Part shown: positions 17,694 through 26,899 of the stretch, piece after piece | How the letters are laid out: each line of letters opens with the position of its first letter | How positions within the stretch are numbered: position 1 is the stretch's first letter | Source of the DNA: Bacillus cabrialesii | GTDB lineage: Bacteria; Bacillota; Bacilli; Bacillales; Bacillaceae | Length of the DNA stretch: 40,000 nt | Direction of reading: 5' to 3' | Assembly: GCF_004124315.2 (NCBI RefSeq) | Contig: NZ_CP096889.1 | Coordinates: 1,348,274 to 1,388,273 of the forward strand | Translations under genes and position numbers: made by a program | Notes under the pieces: generated by a model | What the model saw: only the letters and a program-made list of their open reading frames with translations | What the model was told of the DNA's origin: nothing | The model's database searches: none

Positions 17694-18140
17694 ATGAGCG
17701 AGAAGAACGAAAACGTATATGATCTTTCCTTTTTTATGCCGGGAAAAACAATTGAAGCTGAAGAAATCAAAGTGCCGATCTCAAAGCGTTTTGTTGATAA
17801 ACAAGGGAACATCGTGCCATTTATTTTTAAAGCGATCACGACGGAGCGCATTGATGAATTAGAGAAAGAAACAACAACGTATAAAAATGTCAAAGGCAGA
17901 GGCCGTGTAAAAGATTTAGACAGCCAGCGCTTTTATGCCCGAATCGCAGTTGAATCAACCGTTTATCCGGACTTCCGTTCAAAAGAGCTTCGAGAAGCAT
18001 ACAAAACGGCCGACCCGGTAGAAGTTGCGAAACGTGTCCTCTCAGTTGGAGGCGAATACGCGAACTGGTTAAACAAAGCGATTGAGATTAATGGATTTGA
18101 AGATGAATTAGAGGATCTGGAAGAAGAAGCAAAAAACTAA
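17694..18140 (+). CDS. xkdN: Tail assembly chaperone (gpG-like, zero-frame product)
   Basis: 148 aa with an acidic C-terminus ([13 protein letters not shown]). Located between the tube and tape-measure genes. Confidence 0.9.
   Translation: MSEKNENVYDLSFFMPGKTIEAEEIKVPISKRFVDKQGNIVPFIFKAITTERIDELEKETTTYKNVKGRGRVKDLDSQRFYARIAVESTVYPDFRSKELREAYKTADPVEVAKRVLSVGGEYANWLNKAIEINGFEDELEDLEEEAKN
18131..18137 (+). promoter_or_regulatory. Slippery heptamer A_AAA_AAC for programmed -1 frameshift
   Basis: Zero-frame codons are GCA AAA AAC TAA. The heptamer ends at the last sense codon of xkdN. Confidence 0.6.
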
Positions 18141-18319
18141 TCAAGGATGGGCATAAAGAAGCCGTGTATCTCTACTATGCGATGCACGAGCTTCATTATT
18201 CTCCATCAGATTTATTAGAACTGTATGAAGCGCCCAGAAACTTTAAGGCGCTTTTGTATGGGCTGATTGGATATAAGCTTGAATTAATGGAAAAAGAATC
18301 GAGGAAAGGAGGTACATAA
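18137..18319 (+). CDS. -1 frame extension of the tail chaperone (gpGT-like; this stretch may be what is annotated as xkzB in strain 168)
   Basis: The -1 frame is open from the slip site to TAA 18317-18319. Product is [60 protein letters not shown]. It has no SD-preceded start of its own. Confidence 0.6.
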   Translation, partial: LIKDGHKEAVYLYYAMHELHYSPSDLLELYEAPRNFKALLYGLIGYKLELMEKESRKGGT

Positions 18320-18329
18320 TATCGCTAAA

Positions 18330-21300
18330 TTGACAGCTCGTTTTGACCTGGAAGATAAAGTTTCTAAAAAGTTAAAACGAATTCATAAAGGGTTTCAAAT
18401 GGTCGAAAAAAAGGTGAAAACCATTAATCGACAAATCAAAATCAGTATTAAGGCAGAGGACCAAGCCTTTTACAAATTGAGAAAGATCAATGACTATATT
18501 GTTTTGAAATTCGCAAAATCACTTGAAGTCAAAGTGGTCCTTGATGATCAGGCTACTGCCGGACTTGATGTTATTGAGCATAAGCTGAAACGGCTCCCAA
18601 AAGAAAGAAACATTACTGTAAGTCTAATTGAACATGTAACAGATGCCTATAAAAAAATAAGAAAAATGTTGAGCGGAAATCAGTTTTCAGTCGGTCTTTT
18701 CGTCAATGATCAAATCACCCCAGCTACAAAACGAATATTGGGATATTTGCAAAAGAACCTTAAAAATGGGTATTCAGTTAAATTAAAAGTGATTGACGAA
18801 ATAACAAAAACCGTTAATCGAATTACAGCCCTTTTAAGAGATTTTGAAAAAACGTATACAGTTAAATTAAAAGTGATTGATGAGATAACAAAAAACGCTA
18901 ATCGAATTACGGCCCTTTTAAGAGATTTTGAAAAAACATATACAGTTAAGATTATCGCTAAAGAAAAATTAGCTGCTGATAAGATAAGCGAGAAGAAACC
19001 GGAAGAAAAAAAGAATTGGTTTATGGAAACATTAGAAGACTTCGGAACAGCATTTAAAGATAAAGTAATAGAAACGATTCTTGACTCGTTATTTGAAAAA
19101 ATTCCTGGATTGAAAAAAAATGATAATGAAGCAAATACTGCGCCTGGGAATACGCAGAGTAATGATAAAGTTGATAAACGCAACACAGGGCAGAGATGCT
19201 GTTGCTGCTGCTGTGGGTGCGGAGGTAATAGCTCTGGAAGCAAAGCCAACAAAAGATATAAAAAAAGAAAAAGTCCGACAAGTGCAAGGAATTCAGGACG
19301 AACACTGAGAGTTCCAGGCGAGGTATTACGAAGACGTCAGAGCGGTGCATCAGGAGAAAGTGCCACAAGCGGAAGAAATTCTGGTTCTAAGTTCAGAAAC
19401 TGGCTTGGAGGTATGAGGTCCACTGCCACCGACTCTTCAAAATGGGGGAAAGTTTTAACGCCTTTAAAAGGTTTGGGGAAATTTGCGAAAGGTATACCTC
19501 TTTTAGGAACTGCATTAGCGGCAACCGATTTGCTCGGGATGAACAAAGAAAATGCAGGTGAAAAAGTTGGTTCCTTTGCGGGGAATCTTGGCGGAGCTGC
19601 TGCTGGTGGAGCCGCGGGAGCAGCCGTTGGTTCTGTCGTTCCTGTTGTCGGCACTGCTGTCGGCGGAGTTGTCGGTAGTATCGCTGGCGGTATCGGAGGT
19701 TCTGATTTGGGATCCTCTATCGGAAAATGGTTTGATGATGGCGGCGCTTCAAAAGCATGGGATGGAATTGTTGACGGTGCGAAAAATGCTGTCGATTGGA
19801 TCAGCGATACTTGGTCTGATTTCTCGGATTGGTTTATGGATAATGTCTGGACCCCTGTTAGTGATTGGGCCGGAGATAAGATTGATAAGATCACCGATAA
19901 ATTTGAGGATGCTAAGAAATGGCTGACTGATACCTGGAATGACGTGTCATCCTGGTTTGTGGATAACGTGTGGACCCCTATTTATAACACTGCAGTTCCG
20001 ATTATAAATTTAGTAGTAGGTGCCTTTTTATTTGCCTGGGATGGTATCCAAGCTCTGTGGAGTATTGTTTCAAGTTGGTTTATGGATAACGTCTGGAATC
20101 CATTAGTTGACGGTGTCACTGATGCTGCTGATTGGATTTGGACAAAAATAAATGACGCTTGGACTTGGATCTCAGACACTTGGTCCACTGTCTCAACTTG
20201 GTTCATGGATAATGTCTGGAATCCGATTAGTAATGCAGTTGCAACTGTTGCCGGCTGGATCCAAGCGCATATTGATTATGCACGAATTTGGATCCAATTA
20301 AAATGGCTGCAAGTGGCAACTTGGTTTTATGACAACGTCTGGAACCCAATCAGTACAGCTGTTAGTAACGTAGCAAATTGGATTTGGACGAAGATCAACG
20401 AAGCATGGACTTTTATTTCAGAATTATGGTCTACAGTTTCAACTTGGTTCATGGATAATGTTTGGACGCCAGTAAGTGATGCTGTCACTAATGCAGCAAA
20501 CTGGATCTGGACAAAGCTTAACGAAGCATGGACATGGATTTCTGACAAGTGGAGTGCAGTTTCGTCATGGTTCAGTGAAAACGTTTGGAATCCAATTGTC
20601 TCGAAAGTGGAAGATGCCAAAAAATCCATTACAGAAAAATTTGAGTCAGCTATAACAGCAGTTAAAGACGCTTGGAAAGGCGTTGAAAAATGGTTCACTG
20701 AAAATGTTGGTGAACCGTTAGAGAAAATAGCTGACGGAATTAAGACGAAGTTTGAAGATACCTTCTGGTGGGTCATTAAACTCCAAGAATTGGCCGGCGC
20801 TGGAGGACGGTTCATAAATAACCTTATCGGTAGAGGTGAGGAAGCTACTGGATTAACAATAAAGGAAACCGGTAAGTCTTCATCCGGTAAAAATACTAGC
20901 GGGGGCGGAGGAATTGCTGGTCTTGTCCAGTCTCAATCATCAGCGCCTACAAGTATTTTCCCTAAACAAAAAAGCGTTCTTGAAACTGAAAGGAATGCGA
21001 CGGGTGGCTATATTACGAAACCAACCATTTCATGGATTGGTGAAGCGGGTAAAGAGTTTGTGATTCCTGTTGATAACAACAAGGGCCGCGGTAAAATGCT
21101 TCTTTCTCAGGCCGCTTCTAAACTAGGAATGAGCGTTGTTGATGACATGGCTTCTGCTTCATCAGCAGGTGGAGAAACAGCTGTTTCACCTCTAGCTGGC
21201 GGAGCAACAGTTTCCGCTACAGTGTCTCCTACCGTTGATACATCGAGCCTTAATGAACAGGCTGCTTTTTTCGGTCAACAGTTCACGCAAGGCTTTGATC

Positions 21301-22634
21301 AAGGTATTGGCGATAATGTCGTTTCAATGGATACTTGGAAACAGAAAAACGTTGGCCAACCTATGAAAAATTTGATCTCCTACTCTCCGAATTACGGAAA
21401 ACAGGTGGTCAATGGTTATGCTAACGGTCAGAACAGTACGGCAACCGGAACGGATGGCTTCCTACAGACGAAAGTCAAAACACCATTTCAGAACACTGTT
21501 AATAAATCCTCTTCATGGGGAACCGGTACAATCAAAGGGTTTGCTTCCGGTCAAAATAGTTCACAAACCGGGACTGATCAGTACGTAAATACTCATGTGA
21601 ATAAGCCGTTTTTGAAGTCTAAAGAATCATCAAACGGCTGGGGAACCGGAATGATTGGGAATTTTGTTTCAGGCATGACTTCAAAGGCAAGTGAAGTCCA
21701 TGAGGCTGCCAAGGAACTGGCGAAAAAAGTTGAGAAGGCATTTCGTGAGGAGCTAGATATCCATTCACCTTCTCGTGTCATGATGAGCTTGGGACGTTTT
21801 GCCTCTGTTGGTGTTGTAAAAGGTCTGGATTCTGTCGATGTGAAAAAATATGCTGAAAAACAAGCTGGATCACTGGCAGCAGCTTATTCCGGAATGGGTG
21901 CAGTAGGCGGAAATGTGAAACAGTGGCTTATGGCTGCAATGATGGCCACAAAGACACCATTGAACTGGCTCTCGGGATTAATGACGATTGCACAGTATGA
22001 ATCAGGGGGCAACCCTAACTCTATTAACCTGTGGGATAGTAACGCAAAAGCAGGAAATCCATCACAAGGTCTCATGCAGACAGTTCCAACCACGTTCAAT
22101 GCTCATAAAGCACCGGGCATGGGTAACATCAGAAACCCGATTCACAATGCCGCTGCCGCGATTGGCTACATCAAAAGTAGATACGGCTCAATTGACAATG
22201 TGCCTGGTATTAAAAGCTTGAAACGTGGCGGTCCCTATGTCGGTTATGCCAACGGCGGACTGATTACAAAAGAACAAATCGCCCGTGTCGGTGAAGGAAA
22301 CAAGCGGGAATGGATCATTCCGGAGGAGCGGGGCATACGCGGCCGCTACCTCCTTCAGAGAGCGGCGCAGGCTCTTGGCATGGAAGTGACAGATCCATCT
22401 CAATCCCAGCAGTCTGAGCTTTCATCGGGACAAGTTTCAGCAGTTACTTCAGCTAGCCGGCCGACGTCAGCAGTTTCCGGATCAAAAGAGATTTATATTC
22501 AATTTAACGGTGACCAGCACTTCCATAATGGACAAGACGCCGAAAGCCTAGCGGCGAAAATCAAGCAGGCGCTTATAGATGAACTGCAAAAGGATATCAA
22601 TGTTGGAACGAAGGGGGTCGTTGCATTTGACTAA
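18330..22634 (+). CDS. xkdO: Tail tape-measure protein with C-terminal SLT lytic transglycosylase domain
   Basis: 1434 aa with a TTG start (16 nt after AAAGGAGGT, so the start is uncertain). Contains a glycine-zipper hydrophobic block, Trp-rich repeats, an IHSPSR motif, and the SLT motif [10 protein letters not shown]...GLMQ. Confidence 0.9.
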   Translation: MTARFDLEDKVSKKLKRIHKGFQMVEKKVKTINRQIKISIKAEDQAFYKLRKINDYIVLKFAKSLEVKVVLDDQATAGLDVIEHKLKRLPKERNITVSLIEHVTDAYKKIRKMLSGNQFSVGLFVNDQITPATKRILGYLQKNLKNGYSVKLKVIDEITKTVNRITALLRDFEKTYTVKLKVIDEITKNANRITALLRDFEKTYTVKIIAKEKLAADKISEKKPEEKKNWFMETLEDFGTAFKDKVIETILDSLFEKIPGLKKNDNEANTAPGNTQSNDKVDKRNTGQRCCCCCCGCGGNSSGSKANKRYKKRKSPTSARNSGRTLRVPGEVLRRRQSGASGESATSGRNSGSKFRNWLGGMRSTATDSSKWGKVLTPLKGLGKFAKGIPLLGTALAATDLLGMNKENAGEKVGSFAGNLGGAAAGGAAGAAVGSVVPVVGTAVGGVVGSIAGGIGGSDLGSSIGKWFDDGGASKAWDGIVDGAKNAVDWISDTWSDFSDWFMDNVWTPVSDWAGDKIDKITDKFEDAKKWLTDTWNDVSSWFVDNVWTPIYNTAVPIINLVVGAFLFAWDGIQALWSIVSSWFMDNVWNPLVDGVTDAADWIWTKINDAWTWISDTWSTVSTWFMDNVWNPISNAVATVAGWIQAHIDYARIWIQLKWLQVATWFYDNVWNPISTAVSNVANWIWTKINEAWTFISELWSTVSTWFMDNVWTPVSDAVTNAANWIWTKLNEAWTWISDKWSAVSSWFSENVWNPIVSKVEDAKKSITEKFESAITAVKDAWKGVEKWFTENVGEPLEKIADGIKTKFEDTFWWVIKLQELAGAGGRFINNLIGRGEEATGLTIKETGKSSSGKNTSGGGGIAGLVQSQSSAPTSIFPKQKSVLETERNATGGYITKPTISWIGEAGKEFVIPVDNNKGRGKMLLSQAASKLGMSVVDDMASASSAGGETAVSPLAGGATVSATVSPTVDTSSLNEQAAFFGQQFTQGFDQGIGDNVVSMDTWKQKNVGQPMKNLISYSPNYGKQVVNGYANGQNSTATGTDGFLQTKVKTPFQNTVNKSSSWGTGTIKGFASGQNSSQTGTDQYVNTHVNKPFLKSKESSNGWGTGMIGNFVSGMTSKASEVHEAAKELAKKVEKAFREELDIHSPSRVMMSLGRFASVGVVKGLDSVDVKKYAEKQAGSLAAAYSGMGAVGGNVKQWLMAAMMATKTPLNWLSGLMTIAQYESGGNPNSINLWDSNAKAGNPSQGLMQTVPTTFNAHKAPGMGNIRNPIHNAAAAIGYIKSRYGSIDNVPGIKSLKRGGPYVGYANGGLITKEQIARVGEGNKREWIIPEERGIRGRYLLQRAAQALGMEVTDPSQSQQSELSSGQVSAVTSASRPTSAVSGSKEIYIQFNGDQHFHNGQDAESLAAKIKQALIDELQKDINVGTKGVVAFD
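18780..18947 (+). repeat. Tandem 84-bp (28-codon) duplication inside xkdO
   Basis: [28 protein letters not shown] (18780-18863) is followed by [28 protein letters not shown] (18864-18947). Only a few nucleotide differences. Confidence 0.95.
19797..20720 (+). repeat. About 8 degenerate Trp-rich repeats (W..SxWFxDNVWxPI/V) inside xkdO
   Basis: [70 protein letters not shown] and [10 protein letters not shown] recur every 35-45 codons or so. Confidence 0.9.
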
Positions 22635-23286
22635 ATCCGTATATGAGTTTTGGATTTCACAAGGGAAGGACAAGCTGCGGCTCCCCGTTCTTCCCGATCA
22701 GCTGAATATTTCAAATACGGTACAAAATGAGACGGTTAAAGTAGCCAAGTTCGGTGACCTTACATTTATTGACGAACAGGGAGCGAAAGAAATTTCGTTC
22801 TCTTCGTTTTTTCCGAAGAAATACAGCCCGATAGCTGAATATCAAAACTTCCCGTCGCCGGAAAATGCGATAACAAAAATTGAAAAATGGATGAAGGCCA
22901 AAAAACCGGTTCAGTTTTTGATTACGGGAACTAAAGTGAATTTAACTTGCAGTATTGAAGGTTTTTCCTATAGCGAAGGCCAGCAGGATATCGGCGATCG
23001 CTCGTTTGATATTCAATTAAAAGAATACAAAACCGCTTCCCCCCGAAAAATCAAGCAAAAGAAAAAAACAAAGGCAAAACGCCCGTCGAAGGCTTCTCCG
23101 AAAACCTATACAGTGAAAAAGGGAGACACGCTGTGGGACATTGCCGGCAGATTTTACGGGAACAGCACGCAATGGCGCAAAATTTGGAACGCCAATAAAA
23201 CAGCAATGATCAAACGAAGCAAACGAAACATCAGGCAGCCGGGCCACTGGATTTTTCCCGGCCAAAAATTAAAGATTCCGCAATGA
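22579..23286 (+). CDS. xkdP: LysM-domain tail/baseplate protein
   Basis: Track ORF is 235 aa and overlaps the xkdO end. Alternative starts are ATG 22600 or TTG 22627 (9 nt after AAGGGGG). C-terminal LysM is [18 protein letters not shown]...GQKLKIP. Confidence 0.85.
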   Translation: MNCKRISMLERRGSLHLTKSVYEFWISQGKDKLRLPVLPDQLNISNTVQNETVKVAKFGDLTFIDEQGAKEISFSSFFPKKYSPIAEYQNFPSPENAITKIEKWMKAKKPVQFLITGTKVNLTCSIEGFSYSEGQQDIGDRSFDIQLKEYKTASPRKIKQKKKTKAKRPSKASPKTYTVKKGDTLWDIAGRFYGNSTQWRKIWNANKTAMIKRSKRNIRQPGHWIFPGQKLKIPQ

Positions 23287-23301
23287 AACAGGTGATGTGT
23301 G

Positions 23302-24279
23302 ATGATAGAACTGTTCGTCATTAAAGACACAGAATGGCTTGAGCTGGTGGCAGAAAGCGTATCGCTGGAAGGCCATCGTTATCAGGCGCCGCGCTCCATT
23401 GAAGCGACTATTGTCATCAAACAGGGCGACCAGACGTATTACAGCGTTACAGAAGGAGATACGGTCTTATTTAAGTGGAAGGGAAAAGAGCTTTTTCGGG
23501 GCATTGTTTTTGCTAGAACCCCGGACGAGCATACGCTTGCTTTCAGCGCATACGATATGCTTCAGTATCTGGTCAAAAACCAGGATGTGTACGTCTTTTC
23601 CAACCAGCGGGCTGATCAGATGATCAAAAGGATCGCCAATGATTTCCAAATTCCGACTGCCTCGATTGCGAATACAGGCCATACGATCAAAAGCCTTGTC
23701 ATTAAAAATGACACGACTCTGTATGACATCATCTTAAAAGCGTTAAAACAGACGAAAAGCCAGACCGGACGACATTATCAGCTGTATTCGGAAAAAGGAA
23801 AGCTCGGTCTGCGCGCTTGGCCAGATCCGTCAGAGGTATGGGTGCTGGAAACCGGCGTCAATATTACGGGCTACCAATACAGCACTTCTATAAATGACAC
23901 TGCAACACGGGTGGTGCTCCGCCGGCAGAAGGACAATAAGACGTATAAAGCGTCTGCCAAGGACGGTTCAGGCTTAAACAAATACGGTGTGCTTCAATAT
24001 ACAGAAACGGTTACAGATGACATCAACCAGGCACAGCTTCAGCAGCGGGCAGATGTCCGTCTTGCTGAAAAAAAAGGCGTGAAAAAAGAACTGAAAAATA
24101 TTCAGGCGGTCGGCATTCCGGAAGTGCAGAGCGGCTTGCCTGTCTATATTTCCATTCCGGAGGCCGGGATCAAGAAAACCTATTGGGTAGATACGGACCG
24201 GCACGAATTTAAAGGAACGAAACATACGATGACGATTGATGTTGTCGAAAAGAATACGATGCCGGAAGGAGTGTCCTGA
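23302..24279 (+). CDS. xkdQ: Baseplate hub / gpD-like late-control protein
   Basis: ATG 23302 is 5 nt after GGTGAT and gives 325 aa. Synteny. Confidence 0.88.
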   Translation: MIELFVIKDTEWLELVAESVSLEGHRYQAPRSIEATIVIKQGDQTYYSVTEGDTVLFKWKGKELFRGIVFARTPDEHTLAFSAYDMLQYLVKNQDVYVFSNQRADQMIKRIANDFQIPTASIANTGHTIKSLVIKNDTTLYDIILKALKQTKSQTGRHYQLYSEKGKLGLRAWPDPSEVWVLETGVNITGYQYSTSINDTATRVVLRRQKDNKTYKASAKDGSGLNKYGVLQYTETVTDDINQAQLQQRADVRLAEKKGVKKELKNIQAVGIPEVQSGLPVYISIPEAGIKKTYWVDTDRHEFKGTKHTMTIDVVEKNTMPEGVS

Positions 24280-24545
24280 TGAGATTAAGTGAGGCGATTA
24301 AACATTTGGCCGTCGGCGCAGTTGACGCTGAGTCTCCGGTGGAGCTGCTTTCGGCTGAGGTGGTTTCGGTTTCTCCTGTTGAAATCAAATTAAAAGAAAA
24401 CAACAAACTGATTATACCGGCAGACGCCCTCATCATCCCAAAACGAATGCAGTCCGGAGAAGATGATGCACTCGAGCCGGGGGACCGCGTCATGACCGCG
24501 GCTCTGACTGGCGGGCAATCGTTTTTTATTTTAGATAAAGTATAG
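24279..24545 (+). CDS. xkdR: Small baseplate protein (DUF2577-like)
   Basis: 88 aa with a TGATG overlap with xkdQ. Confidence 0.85.
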   Translation: MRLSEAIKHLAVGAVDAESPVELLSAEVVSVSPVEIKLKENNKLIIPADALIIPKRMQSGEDDALEPGDRVMTAALTGGQSFFILDKV

Positions 24546-24547
24546 AC

Positions 24548-24577
24548 AAACCGCTTCGCACGAAGGGGTTTTTATTT
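24548..24577 (+). terminator. Terminator-like hairpin inside the late operon, after xkdR
   Basis: AAACCGCTTCG-ca-CGAAGGGGTTT (one mismatch) merging into TTTTTATTT. Confidence 0.6.
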
Positions 24578-24601
24578 AGCATGTAAAAAGGAGTGGGCAT
24601 C

Positions 24602-25027
24602 ATGGCCCTGACACCAGAAGTGGAGTTTGAGGATATCGAAGATGACAGCGAAGTCATTGAAACCTCGCAAACCTATAAAATAGACTTTGAAAACGGAAGA
24701 ATTACAAATGAACTGATTACCGGGCTTGAAGCGATCAGGCAGTTCGTGTATATCGCCTTACAAACAGAACGATATGCGTACTCCGTATACAGCCATAATG
24801 TTGGAAATGAGCTTCAGGACGTGCTTACAGATCATGAAACGACCGATGCCTATAAAAAAATGGAGATTCCGAGGCTGATAGAAGAGGCGCTCGTTTATGA
24901 CGACCGGATATCTGCTGTAACAGATTTTGAGATAGAAAAACAAGGCGATACGTTTCATGTTTCCTTTGTGGTGGAGACAGATGAAGGGACGCTTGAGATT
25001 GAGGAGGTGATTGGCGAAAATGTTTGA
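24602..25027 (+). CDS. xkdS: gp25/GPW-like baseplate wedge protein
   Basis: ATG 24602 is 9 nt after AAAGGAG. Product starts [15 protein letters not shown]... Synteny. Confidence 0.85.
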   Translation: MALTPEVEFEDIEDDSEVIETSQTYKIDFENGRITNELITGLEAIRQFVYIALQTERYAYSVYSHNVGNELQDVLTDHETTDAYKKMEIPRLIEEALVYDDRISAVTDFEIEKQGDTFHVSFVVETDEGTLEIEEVIGENV

Positions 25028-26066
25028 AGATCAGACCTTTGAAGAGATTATGGAGCGTATGCTGAACAGCATCTCCGCAGATATTGACACAAGAGAAGGC
25101 AGCGTCATTTATAATGCGTTAGCCCCGGCGGCAGCCGAGCTTGCGAAGTCATATATATGGCTGGATACTGTGCTTGAGCTGGTCTTCTCTGATACCGCGC
25201 AAGGCGAATTTTTAGACCGGCGTGCAGCGGAAGCGGGGATTGAACGGACAGCCGCGACAAAGGCGGTCAGAGCGGGAGAGTTTACGTCTGGCGTGACCAT
25301 TCCTGCGGGCTCCCGCTTCTATGTGGATAATCTTTATTTTCAATATACAGCAGATGGAACGCTAGTCTGTGAAACACCTGGTGAAGCAGGGAACGCCAAT
25401 CTGACCGGACGCAATTTACTCTCACTGGATACCATTCCCGGATTAGAAACAGCCGTTGTCAAAGAAATCCTCATTCCGGGGCGAGAGGAAGAAGGAGATG
25501 ACAGCTTAAGAGAACGGTATTTTACAAGAGTGCGGCGCGAGGCTGTCAGTGCCAATAAAATGCATTATAAAGAGTGGGCTGAAGAAGTGGACGGTGTCGG
25601 AAAAGCAAAGATTTTCCCGCTTTGGAATGGAGAAGGTACGGTCAAAATTGTCGTCACGAATGCCAATCTCGAGCCGGCTTCCGATATCTTAATCCAAAAA
25701 GTGAAAGATTATATCGACCCTGAACCGGGACAAGGAGAGGGACAGGCGCCAATCGGAGCCGTTGTCACAGTGGAAAGCGCGGTCTGGAAGGAAGTTGAGA
25801 TTTCTGCTGAAGTGCTGCCCGAGATCAATCACTCGATTGATGAAGTGAGGTCGGAAATTGAAGAAGGCGTTTTACATCTCTTTAAGAAAATGGCGTTCGA
25901 AGATAACGTCATCCGCTTATCGCAAATTAACAATATCGTCTATAATTCACCGTCAGTCAGTGATTATTCCAATATTAAAATCAACGGCACCTCCGAAAAT
26001 TTGGTGCTGAGCGACGTGGAAATTCCTAAGCTTGGGCAGGTGAAGATCATTGAGCAAACTAGATGA
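25020..26066 (+). CDS. xkdT: Baseplate J-like protein
   Basis: ATG 25020 follows GAGGAGG (25001-25007) and gives 348 aa. Product starts [34 protein letters not shown], typical of the Baseplate_J N-terminus. Confidence 0.9.
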   Translation: MFEDQTFEEIMERMLNSISADIDTREGSVIYNALAPAAAELAKSYIWLDTVLELVFSDTAQGEFLDRRAAEAGIERTAATKAVRAGEFTSGVTIPAGSRFYVDNLYFQYTADGTLVCETPGEAGNANLTGRNLLSLDTIPGLETAVVKEILIPGREEEGDDSLRERYFTRVRREAVSANKMHYKEWAEEVDGVGKAKIFPLWNGEGTVKIVVTNANLEPASDILIQKVKDYIDPEPGQGEGQAPIGAVVTVESAVWKEVEISAEVLPEINHSIDEVRSEIEEGVLHLFKKMAFEDNVIRLSQINNIVYNSPSVSDYSNIKINGTSENLVLSDVEIPKLGQVKIIEQTR

Positions 26067-26628
26067 TATGACAGCGTATCTGCCGCCATTTCTCACCAGC
26101 CTTAAAGAAATGGCCGAGCTGCTGAAAGCGGAAGCGCCTGAGTTTGATAAGCAGAATAACAGCATATTTGATCTGACGGATCAGTTATTCGTGCCGACGG
26201 CGACATGGGGGCTCAGCCGCTGGGAAAAAATTTTAAACGTCCCGCGGGAATCAGGTGACACTGAGGAGATCAGACGATTGCGGCTCATTTCAAAAATGTC
26301 GAACATCCCGCCAATCACTTACAAGGCCATTGAGCAAGCGGTGAACCGTTTCTTGAAAAACCCGTCTGCACAAGTCCGCCTGCTTCCCGGCGAATACCAC
26401 TTTACCGTGGATATCAATGTTGATGACCTTCAGCACATGAATGAGCTGATCGAAGCGATAGAAAACATGAAGCCCGCTCATTTGGCGTATACGCTCAGAG
26501 GCGGATTGAACGAGACGCTGCAAATAAAAGACACAGTCATCCTGAATCACCGCAGATACCGAACAGCCAGTGAGCTGAAGGTCGGTTATTCGGTCACCCT
26601 TAACAACAATGAGGTGGTTTTAACTTGA
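26050..26628 (+). CDS. xkdU: gpI-like baseplate/tail-fibre-attachment protein
   Basis: TTG 26050 is 7 nt after GGTGA. Alternative start is ATG 26068. Synteny. Confidence 0.8.
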   Translation: MSKLDDMTAYLPPFLTSLKEMAELLKAEAPEFDKQNNSIFDLTDQLFVPTATWGLSRWEKILNVPRESGDTEEIRRLRLISKMSNIPPITYKAIEQAVNRFLKNPSAQVRLLPGEYHFTVDINVDDLQHMNELIEAIENMKPAHLAYTLRGGLNETLQIKDTVILNHRRYRTASELKVGYSVTLNNNEVVLT

Positions 26629-26897
26629 TTTCAACCATATACAGAGAACGTACAGCGGCAGATCTGAAAAGCAGAATTGATCACGTGCTGCTTAACGGAC
26701 AAAAAACAGAAATAGTGGAACTCGCCATTGACGGAGCGACAGTCACCGTCCTGACAAAACGTGAGGAGGACATTAAGCATATCGAAACGGTCCAAATTTT
26801 TGACGAGTTGGGCAATGTGATCACAGAAAGAAAGACTGACCTGGACGTCAGCGAAAACAGAACACTCGATTTCAGATTTACTTTTGAGGTGGTGTAA
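26625..26897 (+). CDS. Small hypothetical tail protein (90 aa)
   Basis: TTG start overlaps the xkdU TGA, and GAGGTGG lies 7 nt upstream. Confidence 0.7.
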   Translation: MISTIYRERTAADLKSRIDHVLLNGQKTEIVELAIDGATVTVLTKREEDIKHIETVQIFDELGNVITERKTDLDVSENRTLDFRFTFEVV

Positions 26898-26899
26898 AC

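Noticed and set aside
18710-20815. Three long antisense ORFs inside xkdO (18710..19252, 19337..19894, 20327..20815; 160-185 aa)
   Set aside because: They mirror the repeat structure and codon bias of the tape-measure gene. Their sequences are low-complexity S/P/A/L-rich, none has an SD, and they are fully embedded in a well-supported CDS.
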